This document shows positions 38,860 to 50,615 of a DNA stretch of 64,000 nt, piece after piece (position 1 is the stretch's first letter; the number at the start of each line of letters is the position of its first letter). The DNA comes from Felis catus (Eukaryota). The stretch spans positions 163,434,001 through 163,498,000 of the forward strand of contig NC_058368.1 of NCBI RefSeq assembly GCF_018350175.1, written 5' to 3'. The notes below the pieces were generated by a model that ran no database searches, was not told the origin of the DNA, and saw only the letters and a list, made by a program, of their open reading frames with translations. The position numbers were made by a program, and so were the translations under genes.

Positions 38860-39860
38860 TTTTTAAGCAGCTTTAATGAGACATAATTCACATACCATAT
38901 GATTTACCCAGTTAAAGTGAATAATTCAATAGTTTTTGGTATGTTACATGATTAACTTTATGGTAAAATATATACAATATAGAAGATGCCATTTTAATCA
39001 TTTAAAGTACACCATTCAGTGGTATACTTACATTCACAATGCTGCGCAACCACTATCTATTTCCAACATGTTTTCGTTACTTCAAACAGGAATGCTAAAA
39101 TCACTAACCATTAGCTCTCCTTTCCCCCTCCCCTATATCCTGGTATCCACTAGTATCTACTTTCTGTCTCTATAAATTTGCCTGTTCTTCTATTTCATTA
39201 ACTGAAATCATACAATACTTCTCCTTTTTAGTCTGACTTATTTCACTTAGCATAATGTCTTCAAGGGTCAATGATGTTGTAGCATTATTCAAAACTTCAT
39301 TCCTTTTGATGGCTAAATAATATTCCATTCTATGTACATACAACATTTTGTTTATCCATTCATCTGTTGATGGATACTTGGGTTGTTACTGCCTTTTGGC
39401 TATTGTGAATAATGCTGCAATAAACACTGGTGTAGAAGTATCTCTTCCAGTCCCAGCTTTCAAATACTTTGGGTATATACCTAGGAATTAAATTAGTGGG
39501 TCATATGGTAATTCTGTCTAGCTTTTTGAAAAACAACCAGACTGTTTCTCTCAGGGGCTGCACTATTTTACGTTCCTATTAGCAATGTACAAGGGTTCCA
39601 ATTTGTCTATATTCCCATCAACATTTGTAACTTTCAATTAAAAAATTATTACAGCCATTCTTGGAGATGTGAAGTGATATCTCATTGTGGTTTAGACTTG
39701 CTTTTCCCTAATGACTAAAGATGTTAAGTGAGCATCTTTTCCTGTGCTTTTTGGCCATTTGTATATCTTCTTTGGGAAGTGCATAATCAAGTACTCTGCA
39801 CATTTTTTAATTGGGTTGTTGTCTTTTTGGGTGTTGAATTTTTAGAGTTTTTAATATATT
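38860..39860 (-). mobile_element. Old L1 (L1M-type) 3' fragments
   Basis: tttatccattcatctgttgatggatacttgggttg...ggctattgtgaataatgctgcaataaaca; ctcattgtggttt. Confidence 0.85.
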
Positions 39861-40136
39861 TGTATTTTTTCTGGATTTTATATGTTTTTTCTACATTACA
39901 TAAAAAAGAAGCTATTACCTCTTCAACCCATAACATATTAACTTCCTCAGGTAAAATTAGTGATTATTCAACATAATTTGTGATCAGTATGGCTTAACAG
40001 AAGTCTGACTCTAAGTCTTATTCTGAAAGCATAGGCAGATTTGCCAGTAATTTACTTCTAGCTATGACCAAGTGACATAAACCACCACTATGATCATTTT
40101 ATCATTGTTTATGTACCACATAAAATTGAAAAATGA

Positions 40137-40225
40137 ATATATATGTAATATGTGTATATATGTGTGTTTCATATATATATATATCCATATATATATATAT
40201 GTATATATCCATATATATATATGGA
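40137..40225. repeat. Interrupted (TA)n microsatellite
   Basis: Direct reading. Confidence 0.9.
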
Positions 40226-41131
40226 TTAAATTCTAAATAAAAAGAGCAAAGCCCAGTATAAAATACTGCTCAGAAGCCCAGAGACTATAGATTTTGTACT
40301 ATGATGCAATAGAAACATGTAATATTGGAGGAAGAGAACCATTCCATTTAGTATTTTTCTCTCTACCACTATATGAAAATAGTACAAGGCAAGGATTACA
40401 GTCAGACTACCTTTCCTTTAGATTCTCCTCCATTCTCCAATTCTTGAGACCTTTCAGAACTAACAGAGGCTTCATTGCGAGGTAGGGGAGAGGAATGAAG
40501 TTGTCATTGGCTTTCTGGTCTCCTCCAGCTACTCAGCAGACTAAGGAATTCCTTCTGTGTGCTCCTCACAAGGACCTTCAAAGGTTGGATAATTGGGTGG
40601 TCAGATAAGGGAAGTCCCCCAGGCCCAGGGCTACTTAACTTCTAAACAAGGTGTGAGTGGGTACACAAGGGATGTAGCATTAATGGGCATGAGGAAATAA
40701 GAAAGGGGGTGAGGAGAACATTGAGGGATTAGAAGAAGCAAAAGAAACATTTGCCTGGGCCTCACGCTCAGGGCAAGCTACCAATTTAGATACTTTTTAA
40801 TTTGATGACACTGAATTGATCTTTGCCTGCTTAACATTAATTGGTAACACTGCACGAAGCTAGCATTTCCCCTTTAGTAACAGATGCACTTGTAGAAAAC
40901 AGAAGTTTGAAATAAGTTTGCTTTTTAAATGCTTATTTTTGGTTTTAATTATTAGAGTTAGAAACTCCCAATGGAAGTGGCACAGTCCTTTGTAGAGCTC
41001 CGAACAAAACAGTTAAAACTTTCTATGCAGTCACAACCCTGAAATCAAGACCTGAGCTGAGATCAAGAGTCAGATGCTTAACCAACTGGGCCACATAGGT
41101 ACGCCTTCCCCCACTGTTTTTAAATACATAC

Positions 41132-41630
41132 CTTTTTTTATTGTATGAATGAATCCGATAACTAACCATGTGGTAAGTTTTCTTTTATAAATCTTAGTGA
41201 GTTGCTTTTTTTAAGATGGTCATATAAGAAAATTTTACACTTCACAGGTTAATCATGATATTTAAAAATAACTTTTCAAGGGGTGTCTGGGTGGCTCAGT
41301 CGGTTAAGTGTCTGACTTCATGATCTCACAATTCGTGAGCTCGAGCCTGTGTCGGGCTCTGTGCTGACAGCTCAGAGACTGAAGCCTGCTTTGGATTCTC
41401 TGTCTCCCTCTTTCTCTGCCCCTCCCCAGCTTGCACTCTGTTTCTGTCTCTCTCTCAAAAATAAATAACCATTAAGCAAAATTTAAAAATAACTTTTCAA
41501 AGATATTATTCTCATTTAAAATATATTTTTCTTTTATTATAGTCCAGCATCTCCATTTCCTACTATAACATGTTTTTAAGTGTACACCACAAGGTGGCAT
41601 ACAAAACCTCATAAAGACATTTCTGGACAT
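41132..41630 (-). pseudogene. Putative decayed exon of a lost RGS-like gene, interrupted by a SINE
   Basis: ttttgacag / aag|gtatgt; with the SINE removed reads ...WRCWTIIKEKYILNENNIFEKLFLNIMINL*... Confidence 0.45.
41280..41484 (+). mobile_element. CAN-SINE
   Basis: Full body; aaaaataacttttcaa duplicated on both sides. Confidence 0.93.
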
Positions 41631-42191
41631 CTGTCAAAACTTTACTATATACTTATAGAAAACCTCCCTTAAATCCAGGCAAGAGGGACTCCAACCCTGG
41701 ACCCTTTGCTTGAGAGCTAGGCTCTGTCCCATTCTATCGTATGTCCCTCCCCACACGGTAAGAAGATCACAGCAACTGGGGACGTGTCCCTCCTCACCTG
41801 GAGAACCTCTTCCAAGGCCTTCCTGGTCCATCCCAGGACAGTGGATGAAGCTGGGAAGCACATTCCAAATGTCTGGACCGCTGAAGCAGCACACCTGCAG
41901 GAGCTGGGGGTGGGTTGTCCTTGGGACAGGATGGCGTTGGGACAAAGAGAGCTGAGTCCAGCCCGCCCTGCTTTGCTGCTCATCAGTGCCGGGCTCGAGG
42001 AGTCTGAGAATTCTGGGAACCTTAAGAAGGTATGTTTGCCAAGGTAGGAACAGTTTGTTAGTGTGATTTATAACTTCTCATTATTTAGGCATATGGTATG
42101 TGGACCTCCATTTTCACGGAGAGTCCTGCAAACATTAGAGATGAGACCGTGCACGTACAAAATTTGTTATTTTTGGTGTATATTTGCTTAC

Positions 42192-42318
42192 TTATAATCT
42201 GTACTTGAAATTAGACTACATTAGAATCCTGAGATTTCAGCAATAAAATCAGCAGCTGATATGACTAGCTTGTATTGGCTATTTATCAGGAAGTAAAAAT
42301 AACTGTCATCAAAATGGC
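42192..42318 (-). pseudogene. Putative decayed exon of a lost RGS-like gene
   Basis: ttgtttacaaattctattatag acceptor and gtaagc donor; reads HFDDSYFYFLINSQYKLVISAADFIAEISGF*CSLISSTDY, resembling RGS helices 3-4 by eye. Confidence 0.4.
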
Positions 42319-43024
42319 CTATAATAGAATTTGTAAACAAAGGTAAACAAGGCAGCTATTATAGCTAGCCACCACTATTTCAGTTTTCCTCCTTCCAGGA
42401 ATATAAGGACTGTACTTAACTATCCTTAGGTATTACAGGTGTGGCCATGTGGCTAGCTTTTTTTTTTTTTTTAAGTTTTGGTTTAGACTCTTTTTATAAT
42501 AATCTTACTGAGATGTAATTCTCACACCATAAAATCACCCTTTTAAAGTGTATAATTCAGTGGATTTTAATATTTTCAGTTAGGCAACTAACACCACTAA
42601 CTTTAGGACTTTTGTACCATTGCCACAAAAAGAAACTTGTACCTGTTAGCAGTGTATGACTAGGTTTGACCACCGTAATTGGAGATGGAAGGTTGTGCAT
42701 GACATGACAGCAAGTCTCTTCATGGTGCTGGGTTCGCTATGTTCTCCCCTTGCCGTGGTGGCGGTATTCCACAGGTGAGGCTACACCAGCTTGTCTCTTG
42801 GGAGTGAGGATAAAAATGGAGCCAAGGCCTTAATGAACCAAGAATGTAGCTAAGAAACACTTTCATTGTGTTAAGTCACTAAGATTTTTGGGGTCGTTCA
42901 TACACACAGCATAGTGTAGCCCACCATGATCAATGCACACAGGATAAAGATCAGTTTGATCATAAATTAGTTAGGGAAGGCAGAATTTTTTTTAGTGTGT
43001 CTAGAAATTGTAATTATGACTTTT

Positions 43025-43225
43025 GGGGTGCCTGGGTGGCAGTCAGTGAGCATGTGACTTGATCTCAGCTCAGATCATGATCTCACAGTTTGTGGCACTG
43101 AGCACCACATAGGGCTCTACGCTGACAGCATGGAGCCTACTTGGGATTCTCTCTCTCTCTCTCTCTGTCCATCCTCCATTCTTGCACTCACACTCTCTCT
43201 CACAATAAATAAATTAAAAAAATAA
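43025..43225 (+). mobile_element. CAN-SINE
   Basis: ggggtgcctgggtggc head, (CT)n, A-rich tail. Confidence 0.88.
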
Positions 43226-43557
43226 ATGACTCATTACTAATTACCTTGTTACAACGAAAAAGAGGCTGATTTTGAATGAGATGATCATTGGAGGAAAGTC
43301 ATTTCATTTGAGCGAGGGACACTTGACAATTATATTAACCATCAAGGGCCCAATATGACATCATCACAAACCCTGTTCTGCTGATGGGAGGAGCATGATA
43401 GCTATCACTATTTTGGACAACTATGCTTTCTTAAGATTTCTTTATGGACTCCTACCCGGAATTTAATTGGTCTATGGTATAGGGCCCCAGATTCTTTTTT
43501 TTTCTTCCTTCAATCATGTATCCTTTAGCCCATATTAAACATAATTTAATCTTTCCT

Positions 43558-43775
43558 TTTTTTTTTTAATTTTTAATGTTTATGTTTAAGAGAGAGAAAG
43601 ACAGCATAGTATGAGTGGGGGAGAGGTGGAGAGAGGGAGACACAGAATCTGAGGCAGACTCCCGACTCTGACCTGTCAGCACAGAGACCAAGATGGCTCT
43701 TGAACCCATGAACAGCAAGATCATGACCTGAGTTGAAGTCTGACTCTTAACCAACTTGAGTCACCCAAGTGCCCC
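43558..43775 (-). mobile_element. CAN-SINE
   Basis: Reverse-complement body; taatctttc-like flanks. Confidence 0.88.
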
Positions 43776-44019
43776 TAATCTTTCTTCTTAAATGAGTAAT
43801 TACAGTATCTCAGGTCTCTATTTCCTGTATCGTATCACCGTTCAGTAAGGTTCATACATCATGTGTGGGATATTCTGTTGATCTTAAAATATGCTCTATT
43901 CATTAACAGTTTAGGTTCCCATTACGCATCACTGCCAAACTGTATCAAATAATCCCCATTCTTTTCTTCTCTCTTCCTCTAACCTTTATTAGCTATCAGA
44001 TTAAACTTCCTAAAATGTA

Positions 44020-44232
44020 TTTTTTATCATTAATTTTAATGTTGATTTTTGAAAGAGAGAAACAGAGTGCGAGCAGGGGAGGGGCAGAGAGAGAGAGGGA
44101 GACACAGAATCTGAAGCAGGCTCCAGGCTTTGAGCTGTCAGCACAGAGCCCGACGCGGGGCTCAAACTCACAAACTGAGAGGTCATGACCTGAGCTGAAG
44201 TTGGATGCTTAACCAACTGAGCCACCCAGGCA
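44020..44232 (-). mobile_element. CAN-SINE
   Basis: Reverse-complement body; cctaaaatgtattt duplication. Confidence 0.9.
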
Positions 44233-44459
44233 GGAGCCTCCCTAAAATGTATTTCTGATCATGACACCTCCCTATACAAAAACCTTCAGTGGGGGTGCCT
44301 GACTGGCTCAGTCAGTGGAGCATGCAACTCTTCATCTAGGGGCCATGGGTTCCAGTCCCATGCTAGGTGTAGAACTTATATTAAGAAAGAAAAAAAGTAA
44401 AAAGCAAAAACAAAACCTTCAATAGCCCTCAGAAAATAAAAAATAACTTAGCTAGGTAT

Positions 44460-44895
44460 TTGTATTACTTTGGTAGGGCTGCGATAAAAAAGTGCCATAA
44501 ACTGGGTTGTATATAAAAAAGGTTATTTATTGCCTCACAGTTCTGGAGGCTACGAATCGACAATGAAGGTGTTAACAGGGATGATTCTTTTTGAGGCCTG
44601 TGAGGAAGAATCTGTTCCATGCCTCCTCCTTAGTTCCTGGAGGTTTGCTGGTAATCTGGCATTCTCTGGCTTGTAGAAGATATATGCCCAGTCCCTGCCT
44701 TCCTCTTCATTCCCCTTGAGTCTGTGTTCAAATTACTCCCTTTTATAAAGACATCAGTCATATTGTATTAGGACCCCATTCTACTCCAATATGACCTCAT
44801 CTACACTGATGTTTACATCTGCAATAACCCTATTTCCAAATAAGGTCACATTCTGAGGTACCAGAGTTTAGTACTTCACAATTCAAACCATAACC
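44460..44895. mobile_element. MLT1-type (MaLR) LTR
   Basis: tttattgcctcacagttctggaggct...ccctatttccaaataaggtcacattctgaggtac. Confidence 0.8.
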
Positions 44896-45675
44896 GTATT
44901 CAACACCCTCCACAAAGTTTCATTCATACTTCCCTTTTCAGCTTTATTTTCCCATCCATTACACCTGAATGTAAGTATCTGAGGTACTATAGACAACCAA
45001 AAGCCCTGCCTTTCTGTGAATCACTAGAATATTTTTCTGACTCTGTTCATTTTTCTTCCGTCTCATCACATCCTGTGCATTCTTCAAAGTCACGTTCAAA
45101 TGATCCTTCTTTTGTAAGCATAATCCTAAATTTTCTATTTAGAAGTTAACATCTCTCCTTTATGACACTCTCTGTATATCACCTGTACTTCTCTAATGGA
45201 CTTCAGCATGTAATTTGTAACTTGTGTTATACATGGCTTATATGGTCTATAATCTTTACCACACTGTAAATCCCTTATGAAGATGAGACACACATCTAAC
45301 TCATTCTTTAATCTTCCCACAAAATTCTTCAAAGTGTTTTACAACAAATATTTGTTGAATAAAGTTATAAATATCAGAATATCAGAGCTTATAGTTTAAA
45401 ATCTTTTATACTAGTTAGCATTATTTACTTCTCTAAGATTGAAAAAAATGTTATTAAAGGTGTTTTTGGCTTAATATATACTATGGAAATGCACAACTGT
45501 TTTCAAACCAATACATCGATTCAGATACAAATTCTGAGCCTACAAGGTGAAATTATCAATACCCTTTAAGAGCTTATTAAACAACTCTAAAATTTTTTCC
45601 CTACAATATTGTTTTAAAAGTTCCTATGACACAGAAAGAAGTTTCACTTAATTCATCATTATGGTTGAATAAATA

Positions 45676-45681
45676 TTTATT
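45676..45681 (-). terminator. Candidate polyadenylation signal for GIN1
   Basis: AATAAA on the - strand about 400 nt after the stop; AT-rich context makes a chance match possible. Confidence 0.35.
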
Positions 45682-46075
45682 AATCCCATTCTAGGTAGTT
45701 CAAACTTACTTTTCAAAGGGGGAAAATATTCCAAAAAAAAATTAAACTGAAAACATGGCACCAATAGCAGAGAAAGATCTGAGAGTTCTGAGCTGGAATT
45801 CAGTTTCCTTCCTAAGAAGTAATCATGCTTTGCCTATTCTCTTTTCAGAAGAAAAAGGGAATTCTATATATTATATGTTTTCTTTGCCTTTATATATATG
45901 TATTGACATTCAAACATAAGTTTATATAAATTAATAGTTATAAAATAAAACTTCAGGATTTAGTCATCAAGAGTGTGTCAAGACACTTCTATACAACTTT
46001 TTTGAATGGAAAAGATATCAAGATTCAAGGAGTTATACGTTCTAAACAAACACTTTAAATAGATTTTAGTATTTA

Positions 46076-46350
46076 CTAACTTAAGTACTCAAGGACTTGG
46101 TTTGAAGAGTCCAACAGACTGAAAGTCTGCTTTTCAAGAGTACTATGATCTTCCAGCAATGGAGAGATTTTGGCACTTCTATATTCTAATAGTTCACCAT
46201 CTTTGCTTGATGTCAGTAATTCATTATCGACTACACCAATAGTTGCATCTTCTACCAGAATATTTGCTTGGTATGCTCCAACTGGAATTTCAGGCAATCC
46301 GATGTAGTCATGATCTGCCACTACCGAACCTTGCAAGAGATAAAGACTGT
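46076..46350 (-). CDS. GIN1: GIN1 last coding exon (SLYLLQGSVVADHDYIG...QVLEYLS stop)
   Basis: ctttcag acceptor; TAG at 46078-46076; spliced CDS totals 1575 nt = 524 aa + stop. Confidence 0.95.
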
Positions 46351-46532
46351 CTGAAAGAAGAAACATCATAAGGTCACCTTTTAGTATTATAATTAAACAT
46401 CATTTTAAAATTAAACAATGTTAAATAAGGATGAAACCCCAAGTAATAAAAATTAACAATCAGATTAACTTCTGGTGGGTTCTCCTATCTACTAAATATA
46501 CATGTCAAAGGATGAATAAAATGATATATACA

Positions 46533-46741
46533 GGGGCGCCTGGGTGGCTTAGTTGGTTAAGCACCAGAGTCTTGATTTTAGCTCAGGTCATGATCTCATG
46601 GTTCATGGGATCGAGCCCCACATCAGGCTCCAGGCTAACAGCACAGAGCCTGCTTGGGATTCTCTTTCTCCTTCTCACTCTGTCCCTCTCCTACTCACAC
46701 ATGCATGCTCTCTCAAAATAAATAAATAAACATTAAAAAAA
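46533..46741 (+). mobile_element. CAN-SINE in last GIN1 intron
   Basis: ggggcgcctgggtggcttagttggttaagc head and A-rich tail. Confidence 0.92.
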
Positions 46742-48189
46742 TGACAAATACAGTTCATATGCATAGAGTTCAGGAAAGACCAAAAATTTTAAAAGAGTCA
46801 AGTTTTCCTGTTCCCTTGACATGCCTTTGGCAGGTATGGGTGAAGGGATAGAAGGGGCTGAAGATGATGGTAAAGATTAAAAGTTATAGAACTCTATTTC
46901 TGATGTTGGTGTTATCCTTAAAAGCACCTCTGAGTGAATTAATGGGATCTTGAATGATATTTAACAAATTAAATCCTCACATTTGTAACTTCAGATAACC
47001 TAATCTTCATAGAATATGTAGTAGAGCAATAATATCAAATTGTTTATAATATGAAATTATAAACGAATAATAATATGAAGTTACTAGAATGAGGCTTCTG
47101 TGAGAGTTACTAAAGTCAGGCTTATATGATACAGGTAAGTAGGCAAACTTATGTGTAAGTGGGCTTAAAATACTTAGCTTACCTAAGTCTAATTTAATAC
47201 CAAAATGTTCATGAAATTTTAAGGTATAGCTAAATTCATACTGAAATACTGACAAGGAACTTTCCTTGCCAGCATTTTATTCTATTTCGAGCAAAGTTAT
47301 CATCACTATCAAGAAAAAAAAAATGCTTAATATGAATGTTAAACCGATGGAAAAGCAGTAGCATCTTCATAAAAGAAAAAAAAAGATTAATGTATATAAA
47401 AGGATTCCTCCCAACCTGGCATTTTTTAATTCGTTACAACAAAGAACTCTTCCACCATAGATGATTAACTTCCTGGAACCCTGCTTTCTCTTTCTGGATT
47501 TTCCTCCCAAAACATTCATAATTCTACGATTTTAATGGCTTAAAGAATCCTCAAATTTTAAGTTCAAGAAATATCAAAAGGAAGATTAATTGCCCATTTA
47601 GATGAGAGATTAACAAAAACTTCTCAGAGCATATAAATTTCCTAATAAACCCTGGAATATGATCCTCTTCTACCCATTCTCATGCTAACTTGTGGAAAGC
47701 TTACTGAGCCTACTCCAATCCCATTAAGTTTACAACATTTAAGCACTTTTGATTTAAAAACTTCAAAAGATCAAAGCCATGGTCTCTACCCACAGATGGT
47801 ATAAATGGACTTGGCTTGTGTGGGCATTTAGTTTTGCCCATTTTATTCTTCATTACGCAAAGTATTGGTATTTTAGTTTTGAGAGGTTTTTCCAAGTTTT
47901 ACCCCACCAATTCTTATTTATGAATAGTAGGAACTAAAACTGAGAAGGATGGTAAGAAGATACACATATTTATGATGAAAATAAAAGTATGGATAATTGA
48001 AGGTGGTCAAGAATGAGTTTTGTATGTTAGCATGATGAACTGTTGGACAAGAGGTACTCTGAAAGATAAAAACCAAACCATACAAACCATGAGAAGTGCT
48101 ACTGCCCAAGAGCAGGAAGAAAGAGCAAAATTGTGATCAATGCATTTGAAACACTTTAGCATATGTTGATAAGATTCAAAATCTAAGTT

Positions 48190-48600
48190 CCCTCTTAGGC
48201 TCTTAATATTGGAGAAGGCTAGATACTAGTATATAAGAGAACTTTAAAAGGTTAGGTATGATAAAAGCATTGCTGATGAAATTTTTCAAATAAGCCATGG
48301 GAATTGCTGCACAAAGCTGCAAAAATATCAGTGAAAGCAGATACCACAGCATTTAAGGTACTTCCAAAGATCCTTGCCAAGATCTTTGATGAAGGACGTT
48401 TTCGGTCTCAAACATTGTTTTCAATGCAGATAAATCAGGTCTCTTTTAAAAAATATGTCCAGTAAACATGTATCAACAGGAAAAACATGCACAGATATAA
48501 AGTTCTTAGAAGTTACCACTTTGGTATCTTGGAAATGTACTCACAGACCTTCAGCTTAAACACCCCCTTGTTACACTGAACTTCGAAATAAATGGATTTT
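48190..48600 (+). mobile_element. Tigger/pogo-type DNA transposon remnant
   Basis: Degenerate FNADKSGLF*K resembling the VFNADETGLFWK motif of Tigger/pogo transposases. Confidence 0.65.
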
Positions 48601-49409
48601 ACCAACTTCACTTGTTTATAAGAGGAGAGCTTCTATATATATGTCTTTATATAATATACATACTTTTTCTTTTAAGTAAGTGATACATTTTGAAGTACCT
48701 ATTGCAATAACACTGTAAACAACAAGAACTATACCTGGCAAATTCTATACAAATCACTTTATATGCAATGGAAAATTACTCTGGAGATTTCAAGCCTTGT
48801 TTGTGTAAGAAAAAAAAAAACAAAATTCTCATTCATTCAGAAAGGTCAAATATGTTTCAACTCCTACTATGGTCTAAACCTACTGGAGCTAACAGAAATG
48901 CTCTTTAACTTCAAAACAAATTACCAAAAATTACCTGAAAGAGACTTTCGATCAGGCCCTACTGACATGATTAAATAATAATAATTAGATACAATGGGTT
49001 ATATCAAATATATTATTAAAATTATTTTCACCTATTTCTTTCTACTTTAATGTGACTATTAGAAAATTTAAAATTACACTATTACATAATTTTTGCATTT
49101 TATATATATCTACTGGACAGTACTGATGTAGAATAATCCTGAGTTAGGGATATTAAAAAAGAAATTAAGTTTTTACCCCCAAGATAGAGAGGTAAACATA
49201 CAATACTAAAACATTTTCAATTCAGTCACATTACATGATAAACTTTACTTAATTTTTCTTTTCTCATTCTGTTAATTTAGTTATCATTATGACATCTGTT
49301 TGATGAAAAGCATTATTTCAGTTTTGACCAGACTGAATAATTAGGTCTTTAGTTTCTCACAAAAAGAGGTAAGGTGTTACCAGCAGTTTGACATACTTTT
49401 CCTTACTCA

Positions 49410-49643
49410 GTTTTTGTTTTTGTTTTTAAGTTTATTTTTATTTTAAGAGACAGCAAGCAAGCAGGGTAGGGTGGGGGGGAGGGGGCGGGCAGGGAGGGAG
49501 GGAGGGAGGGAGAGAGAATGAGAGAGAATGAGAATGAGAATCAGCATGGAGCCTGACATGGGCTTGAACTCAGAAACCATGAGATCATGACCTCAGCTGA
49601 AACCAAGTGGGAAGCTTAACCAACTGAGCCACCCAGGCACCCC
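49410..49643 (-). mobile_element. CAN-SINE with expanded G/GA-rich linker
   Basis: Ends gagccacccaggcacccc; cctta..agtttt-like flanks. Confidence 0.85.
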
Positions 49644-50124
49644 ACCTTACATAGTTTTAAGCGGTAAAAAAATAAAAGAAACAAATTTTTAAATTTCCCT
49701 AAGAAGAAAAATAAGTTAAAATTAAAGTCTCAAAAAAGTCTGCGTAATTCGGTTTAATTTGTTTCTTCAAACAGAAAAGTACATGGTTTTAAAATAATTT
49801 TCTTATTCTGAAAAGAGGTGACCAGACTAATTCTATATATGGCCTGATAATCCTAAAAGTATTAGAATGTGTTGCCACACTAGTATATCCTTCCTTATGA
49901 TAAAATAACAACAAATAATTATAATTTGATACTACATAATTGTCACTATAATAGATAAGCAATACTAACAACAGAGAACTGAAGGACTCTTGATTTAGAG
50001 ATTATACAACTAGGAGCCCAAACAAAGGGAGGTTCTTTGGATGAATTACGTTAACAATAAAAATCATGGGCTTGACAATAAAGAACTAAGGTTAGTTTTG
50101 TTTCCTGACTGTAGACCGTAATTG

Positions 50125-50615
50125 TGGTTGGGAGAATAATGGGCCCCTAAAGATGTCCATGTACCAAAAACTCCCTGAACCTGTACTTATATTACCTTAC
50201 ATGACAAAGGAAAATTAGAGAAGTGATAGAATTAAGGTTGTTAACCAGCTGACCCTAAAATAGGGAGATTATCCTGTACTATCCAGGTGGCCTCAAGAAC
50301 ATGGTCCTTAAATGTGGAAGGGGGAGGAAGAGAGAAGGTTGCAGTGCCTGTGACCTGAGAAGGACTCTACCAGCCATTGCTGGCTCTGGAGAGGCAGGAG
50401 ACCACAACCCACATGAGGTGGGCAGCCCCTCAAAGGTGGGAAAGGCAAAGAAATAGGTTCTCTTCTAGAGTTTCCAGAAAGGAACACAGCCCTGCCAACA
50501 TTTGGCTTTAGCCCAAGAAAACTTATCTTGGAATTCTAAGATACTGAATTGTAAGATGTGCATTTTAAACCACTGAATTTATGGTAATTTGTCATGGCAG
50601 GAAAAGGAAACTTAC
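50125..50615. mobile_element. MLT1-type (MaLR) LTR
   Basis: tgtggt...aataatgg.cccc.aaagatgtcca...gggagattatcctg.a.tatccaggtgg...ccact.aattt.tggtaatttgt. Confidence 0.8.

Noticed and set aside
43245..43380. Additional - strand exon-like segment (cag ... aag|gtaatt), and another near 40411-40540
   Set aside because: Plausible splice signals, but no interpretable motif in any frame; too weak to list as part of the pseudogene.
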